From contig JAYEJL010000165.1 in assembly GCA_034660555.1 (NCBI GenBank), forward strand, positions 48,161 to 112,160: a DNA stretch of 64,000 bases. The letters are read 5' to 3'. The translations under genes were made by a program, and so were the position numbers. The first letter of the stretch is position 1. The number at the start of each line of letters is the position of its first letter. A model generated the notes under the pieces. It did not search any database, had not been told where the DNA came from, and worked only from the letters and a program-made list of their open reading frames with translations. The DNA is from Thermotogota bacterium. Lineage in GTDB: Bacteria; Thermotogota; Thermotogae; Petrotogales; Kosmotogaceae. This document shows, in pieces, positions 10,256 through 20,854 of the stretch.

Positions 10256-10870
10256 TCAGAAAATATTCTCCATTATCATTTTCCATAGAAATGAAAAACC
10301 TACACCAATAACCGGACTGAGAATCCACTCAATTTTTCTTTCCTTTGAAAAAATAACTCTGTAAACAATTGCCGCAAGCACAGAAATGATAACCCACTCA
10401 ATTTTATTCGCAAAAGCAAATATGAATATTACAAGTCTTTCGGTTATACCTATTGAATCACTCTTTAGCGAATCGATAATACCTTTTCTGAAGAAATAAG
10501 TCACACCAACTGTTACCAGAAGAATACCTAATAGATACCATGCAAAGGGACCTGTGATAAACGAAGTGCGTAGTAAATCAGACACAAGGAAAGACAAGAT
10601 TGCATATGATATGACTGCAAATAATTCAACTAAATCCTGAGAAAATCGAGCCCTTAGGAATAAGATCACAGGTAATGCCAAAATCGCAAGTATAAACACA
10701 AGAATTCCCTTAGGCGAGGTAAACAATGTATCAAAACTAAAAGCCAAAACTACCAGTGCGCCCCATAATATCTGATACAGAAATCTCTTTTCCTTCATTT
10801 CACCAAGTTTGCTATTATTTACGAAAGCGTGATTGGCAACAATATAAGCAACCAACAAGTGTACAGGCAT
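10256..10870 (-). CDS. Hypothetical membrane protein (DUF3307-like)
   Basis: Several TM helices; N-terminal HLLVAYIVANH and IGITERL motifs; tightly packed with neighbours. Confidence 0.6.
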   Translation of the reverse strand: MPVHLLVAYIVANHAFVNNSKLGEMKEKRFLYQILWGALVVLAFSFDTLFTSPKGILVFILAILALPVILFLRARFSQDLVELFAVISYAILSFLVSDLLRTSFITGPFAWYLLGILLVTVGVTYFFRKGIIDSLKSDSIGITERLVIFIFAFANKIEWVIISVLAAIVYRVIFSKERKIEWILSPVIGVGFSFLWKMIMENIF

Positions 10871-10883
10871 ATTCTTTATCCTC

Positions 10884-13298
10884 CTATTTCAATCTCTTCC
10901 ATGGTATCACAGGAACAGCAAAAGTGGCAACAATCAGAGAAATTAAAACCCCTCCTGAAAGGCTCAAGCCAAAGTATCTCAATAATCTGCCCTGAGCCAG
11001 TCCAAAACTCATAAAGGCGAACATGGTTGTTACTGCTGACATGGTTACCGATTTCAGTGTTCGGGCAGATTCATAACGTTTGCCCTTTGATGCTCCATGT
11101 ATCATATGTACCATTCCATCAACGCCAATCCCAAGAATCAACGGAGCCGAAATAATAGTAACGAATGTCGTCTCTATACCCATTATCTCCATAACTCCGA
11201 ACATAGATAGCAGTACACCAATTACCAGTATGATTAATTTGATACTATCAAAAATACTCCTTCTTTCCAGATAAATAATAAAGAAGACAAAGCCCAGCGC
11301 AAACAAAGAAACAGGGGTTGTGATTTTTCTAACCAGATTCATCATATGATAATAAACTTTGGGATAACCTCCTGCTTCATTCTGCAACTCATCAAGACTG
11401 TCAAATAGTTTTTTTATACCATTTTCCTGATATATTCTTAGACTGGGTTCGGCTAAAAGCACGAAGTAATCTTCACCTTTTGGGGTAACATAGTACAGCT
11501 GCCTTCGGATATCTTCCGGTAGATAACCAATCATTAAATCAAGGATTTCGGATGTATTATTTGTATTTTCAGCCTTTTGAACAAATTCCACCAGTGGACT
11601 GTAATATTGATTTTTCTTCAACAACGATTCCACAACCGGAGAATCTCTAAAGGTTTCCATTGAACGAAGGACCTGCCTGAAATTTTCCAGGAAATCGGCC
11701 TCATCTTCTCCCAAAAGGTCAAGAATAGAAGTTACACTGTCAATATTCTTGTTTTCTTTGAGTCTATCTGAAATTTCCTGTAATCCTTCAATATTATCTG
11801 CAAAAAAAGGTACATTATTTGTCAACTCAGAGCCAAATACTCTCTCAATAAGTCTTAGTGAATCCATAGTTTCAGAATCTTTCGATATCAATCCGGGTGG
11901 AGTATATGAGAAGTTGCGAATGTTATGCACCCCAAAGTACGACAAAAAGACAATAAGCACTACCACTATGGCCAGGGAAATTCCTGAATATTTCTTTCCA
12001 AGCCTTGAAAGAAAATAGAAATATTTATCAAGGGAATGTATTTTAGCTGAAGATCCACCCTTACTTATAGAAGTAATGGATAACGCAGGCAGGAAGAAAT
12101 ACATCACAGCGAAAAACACAAGGATACCAAGTGCTGTCAGAACACCCAGTTCTCTAATCGCAGGAGCATTAACAAAAGAAATGATCAAGAAAACAAAACC
12201 CGTAGTCAGAGCACTGACAAGCAGCGGGGTAGTGGTGGCTCTATATGTTCGATGTAAGATTTCTACAGGATCTCCTGTTCGTTTGGATTCATCAGCCATT
12301 CTTGTGATTATATGTATTCCGTAATCAATACCAAGACCCAGTGTTATAGCATTAAGAAATGTTGTTACTATATTTAGCTCACCAAAAATAACATATGATA
12401 TCCCGAGAGTTAGAAACATCGAAACAGCCAGAGAACTGAACATAAAAAATGTGATCCTTATACTGGAATAAGCCAAGAAGAATAACAGTGCTATTCCCAT
12501 TAATGAAATAATTGTTGTAAGAGTAAAATCAAACTGGGCCTGCTGATGGGCTTCATATGTACTGAAGTGATCTCCTGTCATATTAAAATATACGTTACGA
12601 TCATCTATCTTACCCTCTACCCATTCTCTCAGCTGAGGTGTAACCTTTTGCACATATGAAATATTTGTACTTGGCCTGTCAAGTTTGAATCCCATAACGA
12701 GAATCATTGGATCTTCTTCTGGAAAATGCTCTGGCATTCTAATGTAGTTCTCAAAGTGTTTGTTCTCGTTTTCGTTCAGTATTCGATTACTTATTTGTTT
12801 AAAAGAATCAATAGACAGACCTATTTCCCGAAGAACAGAAAAATCATAGTTAAGCAATCGATCAGGATTTTCTGGCAAGATTTCTTCTCCTATACTGAAA
12901 TCTCGAATTTGATCAGGATTTAAAAGGAGAAGTCCTAAAGGACCTTGATTGGAGACAATATCAAAACGCACCATACTTTCAATATGTGAAAACTCTTCAG
13001 TGCTGTTAAATATCTTTTCTGCTGTTGCTTTGAGTGCTGTGATCCCATCTTGATTTTTCAAATCTGTTTTCAGTACAACATAAGATATATTAGATGAATT
13101 GTTGTTTACAGAAAAATCTTCATATTTCTGGACCACTGGATCATCCGGGGGTAGTATTCTCATGAAGTCAGAATTTACCATAAGTTTGGAAGATAGATAC
13201 GCACCAAGTATCGACATTGAAATAAAAAAGGCAACTATTGGAATTTTGTAGTTATTGATGAAATTGCTTAATTGTCTCATAAACTCACCCGGAATCAA
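10884..13298 (-). CDS. MMPL/RND family exporter
   Basis: Two repeats of TM bundle plus large loop; GLGIDYGIH and GIGVDGMVH motifs. Confidence 0.88.
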   Translation of the reverse strand: MIPGEFMRQLSNFINNYKIPIVAFFISMSILGAYLSSKLMVNSDFMRILPPDDPVVQKYEDFSVNNNSSNISYVVLKTDLKNQDGITALKATAEKIFNSTEEFSHIESMVRFDIVSNQGPLGLLLLNPDQIRDFSIGEEILPENPDRLLNYDFSVLREIGLSIDSFKQISNRILNENENKHFENYIRMPEHFPEEDPMILVMGFKLDRPSTNISYVQKVTPQLREWVEGKIDDRNVYFNMTGDHFSTYEAHQQAQFDFTLTTIISLMGIALLFFLAYSSIRITFFMFSSLAVSMFLTLGISYVIFGELNIVTTFLNAITLGLGIDYGIHIITRMADESKRTGDPVEILHRTYRATTTPLLVSALTTGFVFLIISFVNAPAIRELGVLTALGILVFFAVMYFFLPALSITSISKGGSSAKIHSLDKYFYFLSRLGKKYSGISLAIVVVLIVFLSYFGVHNIRNFSYTPPGLISKDSETMDSLRLIERVFGSELTNNVPFFADNIEGLQEISDRLKENKNIDSVTSILDLLGEDEADFLENFRQVLRSMETFRDSPVVESLLKKNQYYSPLVEFVQKAENTNNTSEILDLMIGYLPEDIRRQLYYVTPKGEDYFVLLAEPSLRIYQENGIKKLFDSLDELQNEAGGYPKVYYHMMNLVRKITTPVSLFALGFVFFIIYLERRSIFDSIKLIILVIGVLLSMFGVMEIMGIETTFVTIISAPLILGIGVDGMVHMIHGASKGKRYESARTLKSVTMSAVTTMFAFMSFGLAQGRLLRYFGLSLSGGVLISLIVATFAVPVIPWKRLK

Positions 13299-13399
13299 TG
13301 TAAAGGTACACTGATAAAATCAATACGCTCTTTTTCTATTAGAAAATCTCTATGCTTGTCTTAAATTGTTTCATCTACGGAAAACAGGTATATTTCAGT

Positions 13400-13450
13400 A
13401 AAAAGCACCTGGATAACTCTCAGTATTCTAAAAATTAATCCCAGGTGCTC
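13400..13450 (-). terminator. Large-loop terminator after ctpA
   Basis: AGCACCTGG/CCAGGTGCT stem followed by TTTT on the minus strand. Confidence 0.55.
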
Positions 13451-13469
13451 ATTAAAAAATTTTAGTATA

Positions 13470-14687
13470 TCACTTTAACTCTTCTAAAATGACCTCCAGC
13501 CCTTTTTGCAACTGAATGTCTTTATCAAAATCAATATTGGCTTCGGTGGTAGTCATTCCTTCATTAGAATCGATTATAGTTTCTGTTGTATCAACAGTAA
13601 TGTCAGGCAAAATACCCTTTAAATGAATGTCAGAACCATTTGGAGTTAGATAATGAGCTGTTGGCAACCAGATCTCGCTACCATTTGACACATCATATAC
13701 AGTTTGAACAGCTGCTTTTCCAAATGTTGTTGTCCCTATAATCGTTGCCAGACTATGATCTTTGAGTGCACCGGTAAGGATTTCAGAACCTGAAGCACTT
13801 CCTTCGTTTATCAAAGTGACAATTGGTTTGTCTTTGAGATATTTAGCTGCATCACTGCCCCATGATCGATAGATCTCTTTGCTTCCATCTCTATCTTCTA
13901 TCGTTATAACAGTCTTACCGGCAGGCAATAGAAGGCTGGATATATTCAGTACACTATTCAGTAAACCACCGGGATTGTCTCTCAAATCGATAATCAAACC
14001 ATCAGAATCAACAACTTCTCTCAGAGCTCTTGCAAACTCGTTGTAAGTTGGCTTACTAAATTGCGTTATTCTTATATAACCGATCTCTGCGTCTTCGTAA
14101 TCAAATTGTGAATATTTAACTGTCTTGATTTCAATCTTTGCCCTTACGATGGTTATTATGAGTGGTTCTTCTAAATTATCCCTATAAACCTCTACCGTGA
14201 CTTCTGTGCCAGGTTCACCTCTTAACAGATCTACCGATTTGTAATATCCAGTTTCCGCAACATCATGCCCATCTATAGTTACAATCAGGTCTCCTACTTT
14301 TAGTCCCGCCTTTCTGGCTGGAGAACCTTCCATCGGTGAAACCACTTCAAGACATTCATATTGAGAATTATATGTTACTACTGCTCCGATCCCACCATAT
14401 TTGGATTCTGTGTCTATCTTGTTTTCTTGAGTCATTCTTGGTGTAAAATACCATGCAAAGGGATCATCCAGCCCTTTCATCGTTCCAGTAAGGGTTTCGT
14501 TCAGTATGTTGTCGTAATCTACTTTATCAATATCATAATAATTGTCTTCTATATAATTTAATATTTCAAAAACTGGTTCAAATTTGTCTCTCTTTTCCTG
14601 GTCTGTCAGATCTTTAAAAGCTCCTAAAGCAAAAACAACCATCAGTAATGATATTACAATTGAAATTCTTATTATGTTTCTCTTCAT
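13470..14687 (-). CDS. ctpA: Carboxy-terminal processing protease (S41A) with PDZ domain
   Basis: N-terminal hydrophobic anchor, YGGIG PDZ loop, DLRDNPGG, SASGSE, TFGK; ATG 14687 fits GAGGAGG RBS. Confidence 0.92.
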   Translation of the reverse strand: MKRNIIRISIVISLLMVVFALGAFKDLTDQEKRDKFEPVFEILNYIEDNYYDIDKVDYDNILNETLTGTMKGLDDPFAWYFTPRMTQENKIDTESKYGGIGAVVTYNSQYECLEVVSPMEGSPARKAGLKVGDLIVTIDGHDVAETGYYKSVDLLRGEPGTEVTVEVYRDNLEEPLIITIVRAKIEIKTVKYSQFDYEDAEIGYIRITQFSKPTYNEFARALREVVDSDGLIIDLRDNPGGLLNSVLNISSLLLPAGKTVITIEDRDGSKEIYRSWGSDAAKYLKDKPIVTLINEGSASGSEILTGALKDHSLATIIGTTTFGKAAVQTVYDVSNGSEIWLPTAHYLTPNGSDIHLKGILPDITVDTTETIIDSNEGMTTTEANIDFDKDIQLQKGLEVILEELK

Positions 14688-14840
14688 AGTCAATCCTCCT
14701 CAAGTTTCTCTGAATCCATATCCAAAAAAACTACGTTCTTAGATATTCACTAACTACAAATAAAATTCTTTCACTTAGACATAAGCTCTATTTTAGTTAT
14801 TATTACCATTATACATTGTTGTGTTTTAATATCCTGATTT

Positions 14841-15110
14841 CTATATTCTTCTCAGGTTAATGAGATTCTCTATAAGTTCGTTTAGATTTGAAGTATCTCC
14901 TTTTTCATTTATTTCAAGAACACACTTTTTGGCATAGGTTTTGGCTATCATTTCAGAAATCTTTGAAAGTGCTGATATCACTGCGGAAACCTGATTGAGT
15001 ATATCCGTGCAAGTTCTATCTTCTTCAATCATCTTTTGAAGACCTCTCAGTTGTCCTTCGGCTCTTTTCAACCTGTTTATCACTTTTTTCTTGTCTTCCG
15101 GTTTTTGCAC
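14841..15110 (-). CDS. CsoR/RcnR/CstR family transcriptional repressor
   Basis: RLKRAEGQLRGLQKMIEEDRTC..Q..A signature; two Cys. Confidence 0.9.
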   Translation of the reverse strand: MQKPEDKKKVINRLKRAEGQLRGLQKMIEEDRTCTDILNQVSAVISALSKISEMIAKTYAKKCVLEINEKGDTSNLNELIENLINLRRI

Positions 15111-15128
15111 CGTGCATCACCTCGAATC

Positions 15129-16793
15129 TTAGTATTCGAATGTACTGCCTCCAATGAACTCCCTTAATATCGATGTTTTTGGTATTTCTTCGAAAACTGT
15201 TAACGGTAAAAAATAATCGATGAATCTTAATAATCTTTTCGCTTCTGTATATTCCGGCTGTTTATTGTCAATTTGAACAAGTAATGGTTCTGCAAACATT
15301 TTTAAAACAGCCAGCTCGTAAATCAAAGCAGAATTAAACATCACATCAGCTTCTTCCTGGAATGGAAAGATATTCTCCTCTTCTCCTTTCCTTACATTTG
15401 CCCACATTCTTATGGTATTCTTTGCTGAATGTCCTCTAAATTTATAATCCCTTACTATTCTTCTTAAAAGGCGAACATCTGTTGTAGGTATTCTGTTCAT
15501 ATCATCAAGATTCATTTGTGTTAAGGCACTTACATATATTTTATACTTTTTTTCTTTGGGTATTGAACTTGTCAACCTTTCATTCAAACCATGAATGCCT
15601 TCCACAATTATGAGTTGATCCTTTTCCAATCTGGTTGGTTTGTCACGGTATTCCCGTTTCCCAACCTTGAAATGATATTTTGGTAATATAACCTCTTTGC
15701 CCATCATTAAATCAGTCATATTTTTATTAAATAATTCCAGATCAAGTGCTTCAATAGATTCAAAATCGTAGTTCCCATTTTCATCCAGAGGTGTCTGATC
15801 CCTGTTAACAAAATAATCATCAATAGAAATCTGCAAAGACGATATACCAAGTACTTTTAAATGCAGCATAAGTCGTTTAGAAAATGTCGTTTTTCCAGAA
15901 CTTGAAGGACCAGCAACGAGAACAAGATTTTTCTCTTTGTGTTTTACAAGTTCATCAGCTATTTGCGCAATTTTCTTTTCATGCAATACTTCTGCTATTC
16001 TTAGCAACTCTACAGCTTCACTGCCACCCTTTGCGATTATTTCGTTGAGTTCTCCAGCTGTTTTCACTCCAAGAATACTTCCCCACTGTTCATGTTCCAT
16101 AAAAATTGAAGCCAGCTTTGGCAAGTCCTCAAATTCAGGTACTTCATTTGGAGAATCATTTGTTGGAAGATTCAAAATGAAATAATCACCATAGGGTATA
16201 AGGTCAAACCATTTCAGCACGCCTGTACTCATAGGCATATATCCATAAAAATAATTCACAAAACCATTACAATAATACGTATTAACGGTGCTCTTCTTTC
16301 TGTATTTGAAGAGCAAAGATTTTTCTCTCTGATAATCTTTTTCAAAAAAATCGGTGGCTTCAAATTTATCCATAGAATCCTTAATAAATCTCAGATCTCT
16401 CTTAACAAAATCATTCATAATTTCCTTTACTTTTTTCAGCAGGGTTTCATCAACTGAATAATCCTTCAGCTCACAAACCAGGCCGGAACCAAGTGAATGA
16501 TGTACATACAACTTCGCATCTTTGTATATTTTTCTAAAGGCCATCAGCATTATGAAAAGAATCCCTCTGGTATAGATTCTTAATCCATCGGTAGTTGTTA
16601 GATCCAGAAAGTCTATTTTACCGCCCTTTAATATCGGCTTTCTCAGTTCAAAAAGTGTATTATCAATTTTTGCTCCCATAATTGGAGAATCAAAGTATTC
16701 CTGATATCTGGAAGTTATTTCATGAATTTTTGTTCCGTAAGGTATCTCTTCCTTTTTACCAGTTTTTTCAAAAAAAATCTCAACAGTTTTCAC
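15129..16793 (-). CDS. Nucleoside (uridine) kinase fused to ThrRS N-terminal-like domain
   Basis: TGS/ThrRS-like N-terminus, P-loop AGPSSSGKTT, SIDDYF, VEGIHGLN, RRIVRD; GTG 16793 follows GGAGG. Confidence 0.88.
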   Translation of the reverse strand: MKTVEIFFEKTGKKEEIPYGTKIHEITSRYQEYFDSPIMGAKIDNTLFELRKPILKGGKIDFLDLTTTDGLRIYTRGILFIMLMAFRKIYKDAKLYVHHSLGSGLVCELKDYSVDETLLKKVKEIMNDFVKRDLRFIKDSMDKFEATDFFEKDYQREKSLLFKYRKKSTVNTYYCNGFVNYFYGYMPMSTGVLKWFDLIPYGDYFILNLPTNDSPNEVPEFEDLPKLASIFMEHEQWGSILGVKTAGELNEIIAKGGSEAVELLRIAEVLHEKKIAQIADELVKHKEKNLVLVAGPSSSGKTTFSKRLMLHLKVLGISSLQISIDDYFVNRDQTPLDENGNYDFESIEALDLELFNKNMTDLMMGKEVILPKYHFKVGKREYRDKPTRLEKDQLIIVEGIHGLNERLTSSIPKEKKYKIYVSALTQMNLDDMNRIPTTDVRLLRRIVRDYKFRGHSAKNTIRMWANVRKGEEENIFPFQEEADVMFNSALIYELAVLKMFAEPLLVQIDNKQPEYTEAKRLLRFIDYFLPLTVFEEIPKTSILREFIGGSTFEY

Positions 16794-16816
16794 ATTAGAT
16801 ACCTCCTGAAGACTGC

Positions 16817-16845
16817 TTGACACTAACAATCTATAATGCTAAAAT
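16817..16845 (+). promoter_or_regulatory. Sigma70 promoter of tRNA-Gln
   Basis: TTGACA-17 nt-TAAAAT with extended TG. Confidence 0.7.
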
Positions 16846-16855
16846 CATCATGTTT

Positions 16856-16931
16856 TGGGGTGTAGCCAAGCTGGTAAGGCATCAGAATTTGGATCTGACA
16901 TCCGGAGGTTCGAGTCCTCCCGCCCCAGCCA
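16856..16931 (+). tRNA. tRNA-Gln(TTG)
   Basis: U1-A72 acceptor TGGGGTG/CGCCCCA, G73, D-arm TAGCCAAG..GGTAAGGC, anticodon arm TCAGA-ATTTGGA-TCTGA, CCA. Confidence 0.92.
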
Positions 16932-16943
16932 ATAAATAAAAAC

Positions 16944-16969
16944 AAGGTGGCTTAATGGCCACCTTTTTT
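16944..16969. terminator. Terminator between tRNA-Gln and the convergent PPIase gene
   Basis: AAGGTGGC/GCCACCTT stem with T tract and upstream A-rich tract. Confidence 0.75.
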
Positions 16970-16970
16970 A

Positions 16971-19091
16971 TTACTCTATCGTATCCGGCACATCGAGTTC
17001 TGGATTCATTTCATTATTCAAGTCCGAATCCAACTCAGTATCCATTTCAATATCCGTTTCCAGATCAGTGTCTGTGGTTTCTGTAGATTCTTCTGACGGT
17101 TTGTTTAATTCTTCCAGAACTAAAGTTATTCCATCAATCTGATCCTGTAATGCTTTATCTTCAGGCATTAATTCCTTTAATTCACGTAGATAACGTCTCT
17201 CAGCCATCATGTATAATTGAACTAAACTTTCTGATTGATCAAGATTCGATAGTTTTTTATATGTATCTACAATGAGAAACAGTGCCGAGATTTTTGTGTC
17301 CGTTGATGCCTCAGTGCTTTCAATAATCTTTTGATTCAATTCTCTCTCCATTTGATTCAACGGATATTCAATCAAATAATTTCTTGCCCGATTGCCAAAA
17401 TACTGCTGGTAATAGCTCAAATAGCTCTGGTAAGTAGAAGGATCGTTTATTATTGGTTTCAGGTTCTGTTCATAGTAGTTTTCATAGTATCTATAAACAA
17501 CCTTGGGATCATCAGGATCGATTTCATACATATATGTTATTACCTGTGGTGAATAGGGCATCTCTTCATAAAGGAATCTGACAACCTTTTCAAACCGTTT
17601 TTCAAAACGTTGCAGTTCTTCATCTACCTGTTCAAACATTTTTTGGGCTTCTTCTAATTCAGATATGCCAAGTTGGTTTTCATATTCAAACAGTGTCTGC
17701 GCATTTTGAAAGGTTGATAGTTCATTTCTATCATTACTTTCGTTCAATTCCTGGATTTTCTCTTCAACTTCTTCTGGAGTCATTGCTAAAACAGTAGAAG
17801 GTAATGTTTCTCTGTATTCAATAATATCTGTCAATTTACTTTTTTTATCTTCAATCTCTGATTTTTTATTATCTGTGATCTTTGTATAAAGCACTATTGG
17901 AAGATAACCTTCAGAAAGTACTATCTGACCATCTTCCATGAAGATTTCCTCTTCAAGGCTTTTATAAAAGTCGTTTAATTCTTTCTCAGATTCCTGGACC
18001 TTCTGGTATCTATCAAAAAGTTTCATCTCTGAATCATTAATTACATAATCAAAATTGCTTTCTTCTTTGTATTCTTCAAACCATTCCTGAAACTTCTGAA
18101 TCAGATAATCATTCTTCACATCAGAATATACAGAGGATAATTTTAGTTCCTCGAAATTGTCAAAAGTGGTTTTTGAAGCTACCCTTATTAAGTGATAACC
18201 ATATTGTGTTTCAACAGGGCCAACAATTTCGTTAGGAGTTGCTGAAAAAGCAGCTTCTTCAAATTTCTCAACCATATCTCCTCTATGTATTTCTCCAAGA
18301 CTGCCACCGGTCATGGCACTGTTTGTATCTATCGAAAAATCACTGGCAGCTGTACTAAAATCTAACTCTTTAGAAACAATCTTATCTTTTATTTCATTGG
18401 CAGTCGCTTCAGAAGACACAAGAATGTGACTTGCATTAACCACTTCGTATTCTTTCTTTATATCATCTTTGTTTTCTTCAAAATACTCAGCAAGTTGTTC
18501 ATCTACATCGGTGAATACATGATCTTTTACCTTGTTTACAAGTATTTGACCGATAATTGTATCTTCAACCAGAGACCGAAATGCTTCTATGGAACCGTAA
18601 ATACTTATAATTTGATTTCTCGTATTTTCATCTGAAGTATAATTGTTAACAATTGAATCTGTTTGAGCGTCAAGTTCTTCCTGAGTGGGATAAATTCCTT
18701 CGTTCGCTGTGTAATATGTGAGTATCTTTTCTTCAATAAGGTTTTTCAGTACCATATGTCTTATTTCTATTTCACTTGGAACCTGTTGTGTGCCAAAATA
18801 GGCATTTACTTCCTGACCTTGCTGCCTTATATTGTCAATATTCTGTCTTGCCATTCGTTCAAATTCTGTTATGGTAACAAAATATCTTTCTTCTTCAAGA
18901 GGTGTTCCATCCTTTGTTAGATATGCAACAGAATTTTCATATGAGAGAGTTGTTTCAGGTTCTTCGTTACTCCGACCCCGACCTGTCAGATAGCTGGCAA
19001 CAGACCACCAGATTACACCAGCTGCAAAAAGAATCGCTATCGTCCAGATGATGGGTACCTGAATTTTCTTCATTAAACCTTTCCTTTTCAT
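16971..19091 (-). CDS. Membrane-anchored parvulin-type peptidylprolyl isomerase/foldase (SurA/PrsA-like) with long helical C-terminal extension
   Basis: N-terminal TM; ASHILV...FS.D..S...GG.LG...FEEAAF...VETQYGYHLI PpiC domain; acidic tail. Confidence 0.85.
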   Translation of the reverse strand: MKRKGLMKKIQVPIIWTIAILFAAGVIWWSVASYLTGRGRSNEEPETTLSYENSVAYLTKDGTPLEEERYFVTITEFERMARQNIDNIRQQGQEVNAYFGTQQVPSEIEIRHMVLKNLIEEKILTYYTANEGIYPTQEELDAQTDSIVNNYTSDENTRNQIISIYGSIEAFRSLVEDTIIGQILVNKVKDHVFTDVDEQLAEYFEENKDDIKKEYEVVNASHILVSSEATANEIKDKIVSKELDFSTAASDFSIDTNSAMTGGSLGEIHRGDMVEKFEEAAFSATPNEIVGPVETQYGYHLIRVASKTTFDNFEELKLSSVYSDVKNDYLIQKFQEWFEEYKEESNFDYVINDSEMKLFDRYQKVQESEKELNDFYKSLEEEIFMEDGQIVLSEGYLPIVLYTKITDNKKSEIEDKKSKLTDIIEYRETLPSTVLAMTPEEVEEKIQELNESNDRNELSTFQNAQTLFEYENQLGISELEEAQKMFEQVDEELQRFEKRFEKVVRFLYEEMPYSPQVITYMYEIDPDDPKVVYRYYENYYEQNLKPIINDPSTYQSYLSYYQQYFGNRARNYLIEYPLNQMERELNQKIIESTEASTDTKISALFLIVDTYKKLSNLDQSESLVQLYMMAERRYLRELKELMPEDKALQDQIDGITLVLEELNKPSEESTETTDTDLETDIEMDTELDSDLNNEMNPELDVPDTIE

Positions 19092-19255
19092 AGCTCCAAC
19101 TCCTTCCAGATTCTATTAAACTCATATAATGATATAACTTAATTAAACCATTATCAACCAATAAGGGGAGGTCGCTGTTTAGCACTTCCTCCCCTGCAAT
19201 GAACGATTATATCATAGCTATACTGCTAATTAAATATTCATTTTCTGTAATCCAC

Positions 19256-20854
19256 TTATATTTCCTTAGTGTAAACCCTAAAATCAATATCATCAAAGAT
19301 GCTGTCGATCCACTCCAGTGTCTTGAGTTTATCTTCATCAATGTTGTCTTTTTCAAGTTCATTCTTCAGTTCTCTGAATCTATTAAGGTGTGTTTTAGTC
19401 TTGTTAACTGCATATTCTACTGTGGTTCCTGTAGTCATTATAAAAGCCCAGTCACTGGATTGAGCAAGCAACAATTCCCTGGCCATCTGATTTAGTACCC
19501 GTTCGTGTATACCATTTGCTTGATAATATTTACTTGCTAGATTTATCATGTTTTCAGCTGCATTATCAAGATGCCTATAAATCCATCCATTACTCCCATT
19601 TAGCCAGACTTCGTTATAACCATTTGCACCCCATGTGGAAACCGCGGGAGTTACTATCTGAACGCTATCAATTGTATCTATGACTTCTCGAGGTGTATGT
19701 GGGTTCAACTCTTCAGCATCGTCCATTTCTCTGAACAGCTGTTCAATAAACAGCGGTCCTTCAAACCACCAGTGACCAAAAAGTTCAGCATCAAAAGGAG
19801 CTGTTATTACAGGTGCCACACCATCGAATTCTTCCAGCAGCTTCGTAACCTGTTCTTTCTTCTTGTTGATAAAATCCCTTGCATGTTCCGTGACAGCTTC
19901 ATGTGCTTCATCAATATCATATAGCTCCTTTGAATTAAGGTCATTTTCCTTTGATGTTATTTTATGATATTTTATTCCAGTATTACAGCGTTCCCCGCTT
20001 CCATCTATATAAGGTTTTATATAGTCTTCTTCTCTATCAAATCCAATATCTCTATAAAACTCTCTATATCGTGAGTCTCCAGGATAACCAACATCAGCAC
20101 TCCATACCTGCTGACTTGATTCGGGATCCCTGGCAAAAACAAAAACGCCTTCTTCTGTCATTACTGGTCTGTAAACACCATAAGCCGGAGCAGGATCGCC
20201 AAACCACAAACCATGAGAATCTACAAAGAAAAAGGAGAGTCCGTGTCTTTTAAGATATTTATCAAGACCAGGTTCATAACCACATTCAGCGAGCCAAATG
20301 CCATCTGGCTTTTGGCCAACATGTCTCTTATATGCATTAACGCCAACTTCTATTTGAGCATTAACATTTTGAGGTATATGCATCATTAAAGGCAATAAAC
20401 CATGAGTTGCATTACATGTAATAATTTGTAGATTGCCTTTACTTTGAAAATGAGCAAATGCCTTTGTCAAATCACCATCAACAGCCTTGAAATGTTCCAG
20501 TATATCTTCATAATCTTCCCTATAGTACTTTGCCATCTTATGTTTTAGTGGATTCTCATCTTTCGTGCGTTCAACTTCTTTATCTGCAAGTTCAATGAGT
20601 TTGTTCATGTACTCCTCATACTTCCGCTTTAAATCTTTGTTTGCGAACATTTCCATTAACGGAGGCGTTATGCTCATCGCCAGTTTGAAATTTATACCAT
20701 CCTTTTCCAGGCGTTCAAAGACTTTTAGAAGAGGTATGTATGTTTCTGTTATCCCTTCAAATAACCATCTTTCTTCCATAAATTGCGGGAAATCAGGATG
20801 ATTGATAAATGGGAGATGAGCATGAAGCATCAGTATAAATTTCCCTTTATTCAT
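19256..20854 (-). CDS. GH57 1,4-alpha-glucan branching enzyme (DUF1957)
   Basis: HAHLP, ETYIPLL, GIWLAECGY nucleophile, PFDAELFGHWWFEG, AQSSDWAF. Confidence 0.93.
   Translation of the reverse strand: MNKGKFILMLHAHLPFINHPDFPQFMEERWLFEGITETYIPLLKVFERLEKDGINFKLAMSITPPLMEMFANKDLKRKYEEYMNKLIELADKEVERTKDENPLKHKMAKYYREDYEDILEHFKAVDGDLTKAFAHFQSKGNLQIITCNATHGLLPLMMHIPQNVNAQIEVGVNAYKRHVGQKPDGIWLAECGYEPGLDKYLKRHGLSFFFVDSHGLWFGDPAPAYGVYRPVMTEEGVFVFARDPESSQQVWSADVGYPGDSRYREFYRDIGFDREEDYIKPYIDGSGERCNTGIKYHKITSKENDLNSKELYDIDEAHEAVTEHARDFINKKKEQVTKLLEEFDGVAPVITAPFDAELFGHWWFEGPLFIEQLFREMDDAEELNPHTPREVIDTIDSVQIVTPAVSTWGANGYNEVWLNGSNGWIYRHLDNAAENMINLASKYYQANGIHERVLNQMARELLLAQSSDWAFIMTTGTTVEYAVNKTKTHLNRFRELKNELEKDNIDEDKLKTLEWIDSIFDDIDFRVYTKEI

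Noticed and set aside
3906..16931. Integrated element at any of the three tRNA genes
   Set aside because: No integrase, duplicated tRNA 3' end or phage genes seen nearby
19179..19205. Second CIRCE element upstream of the PPIase gene (TTAGCACTT)
   Set aside because: Only one arm; no matching arm 9 nt away
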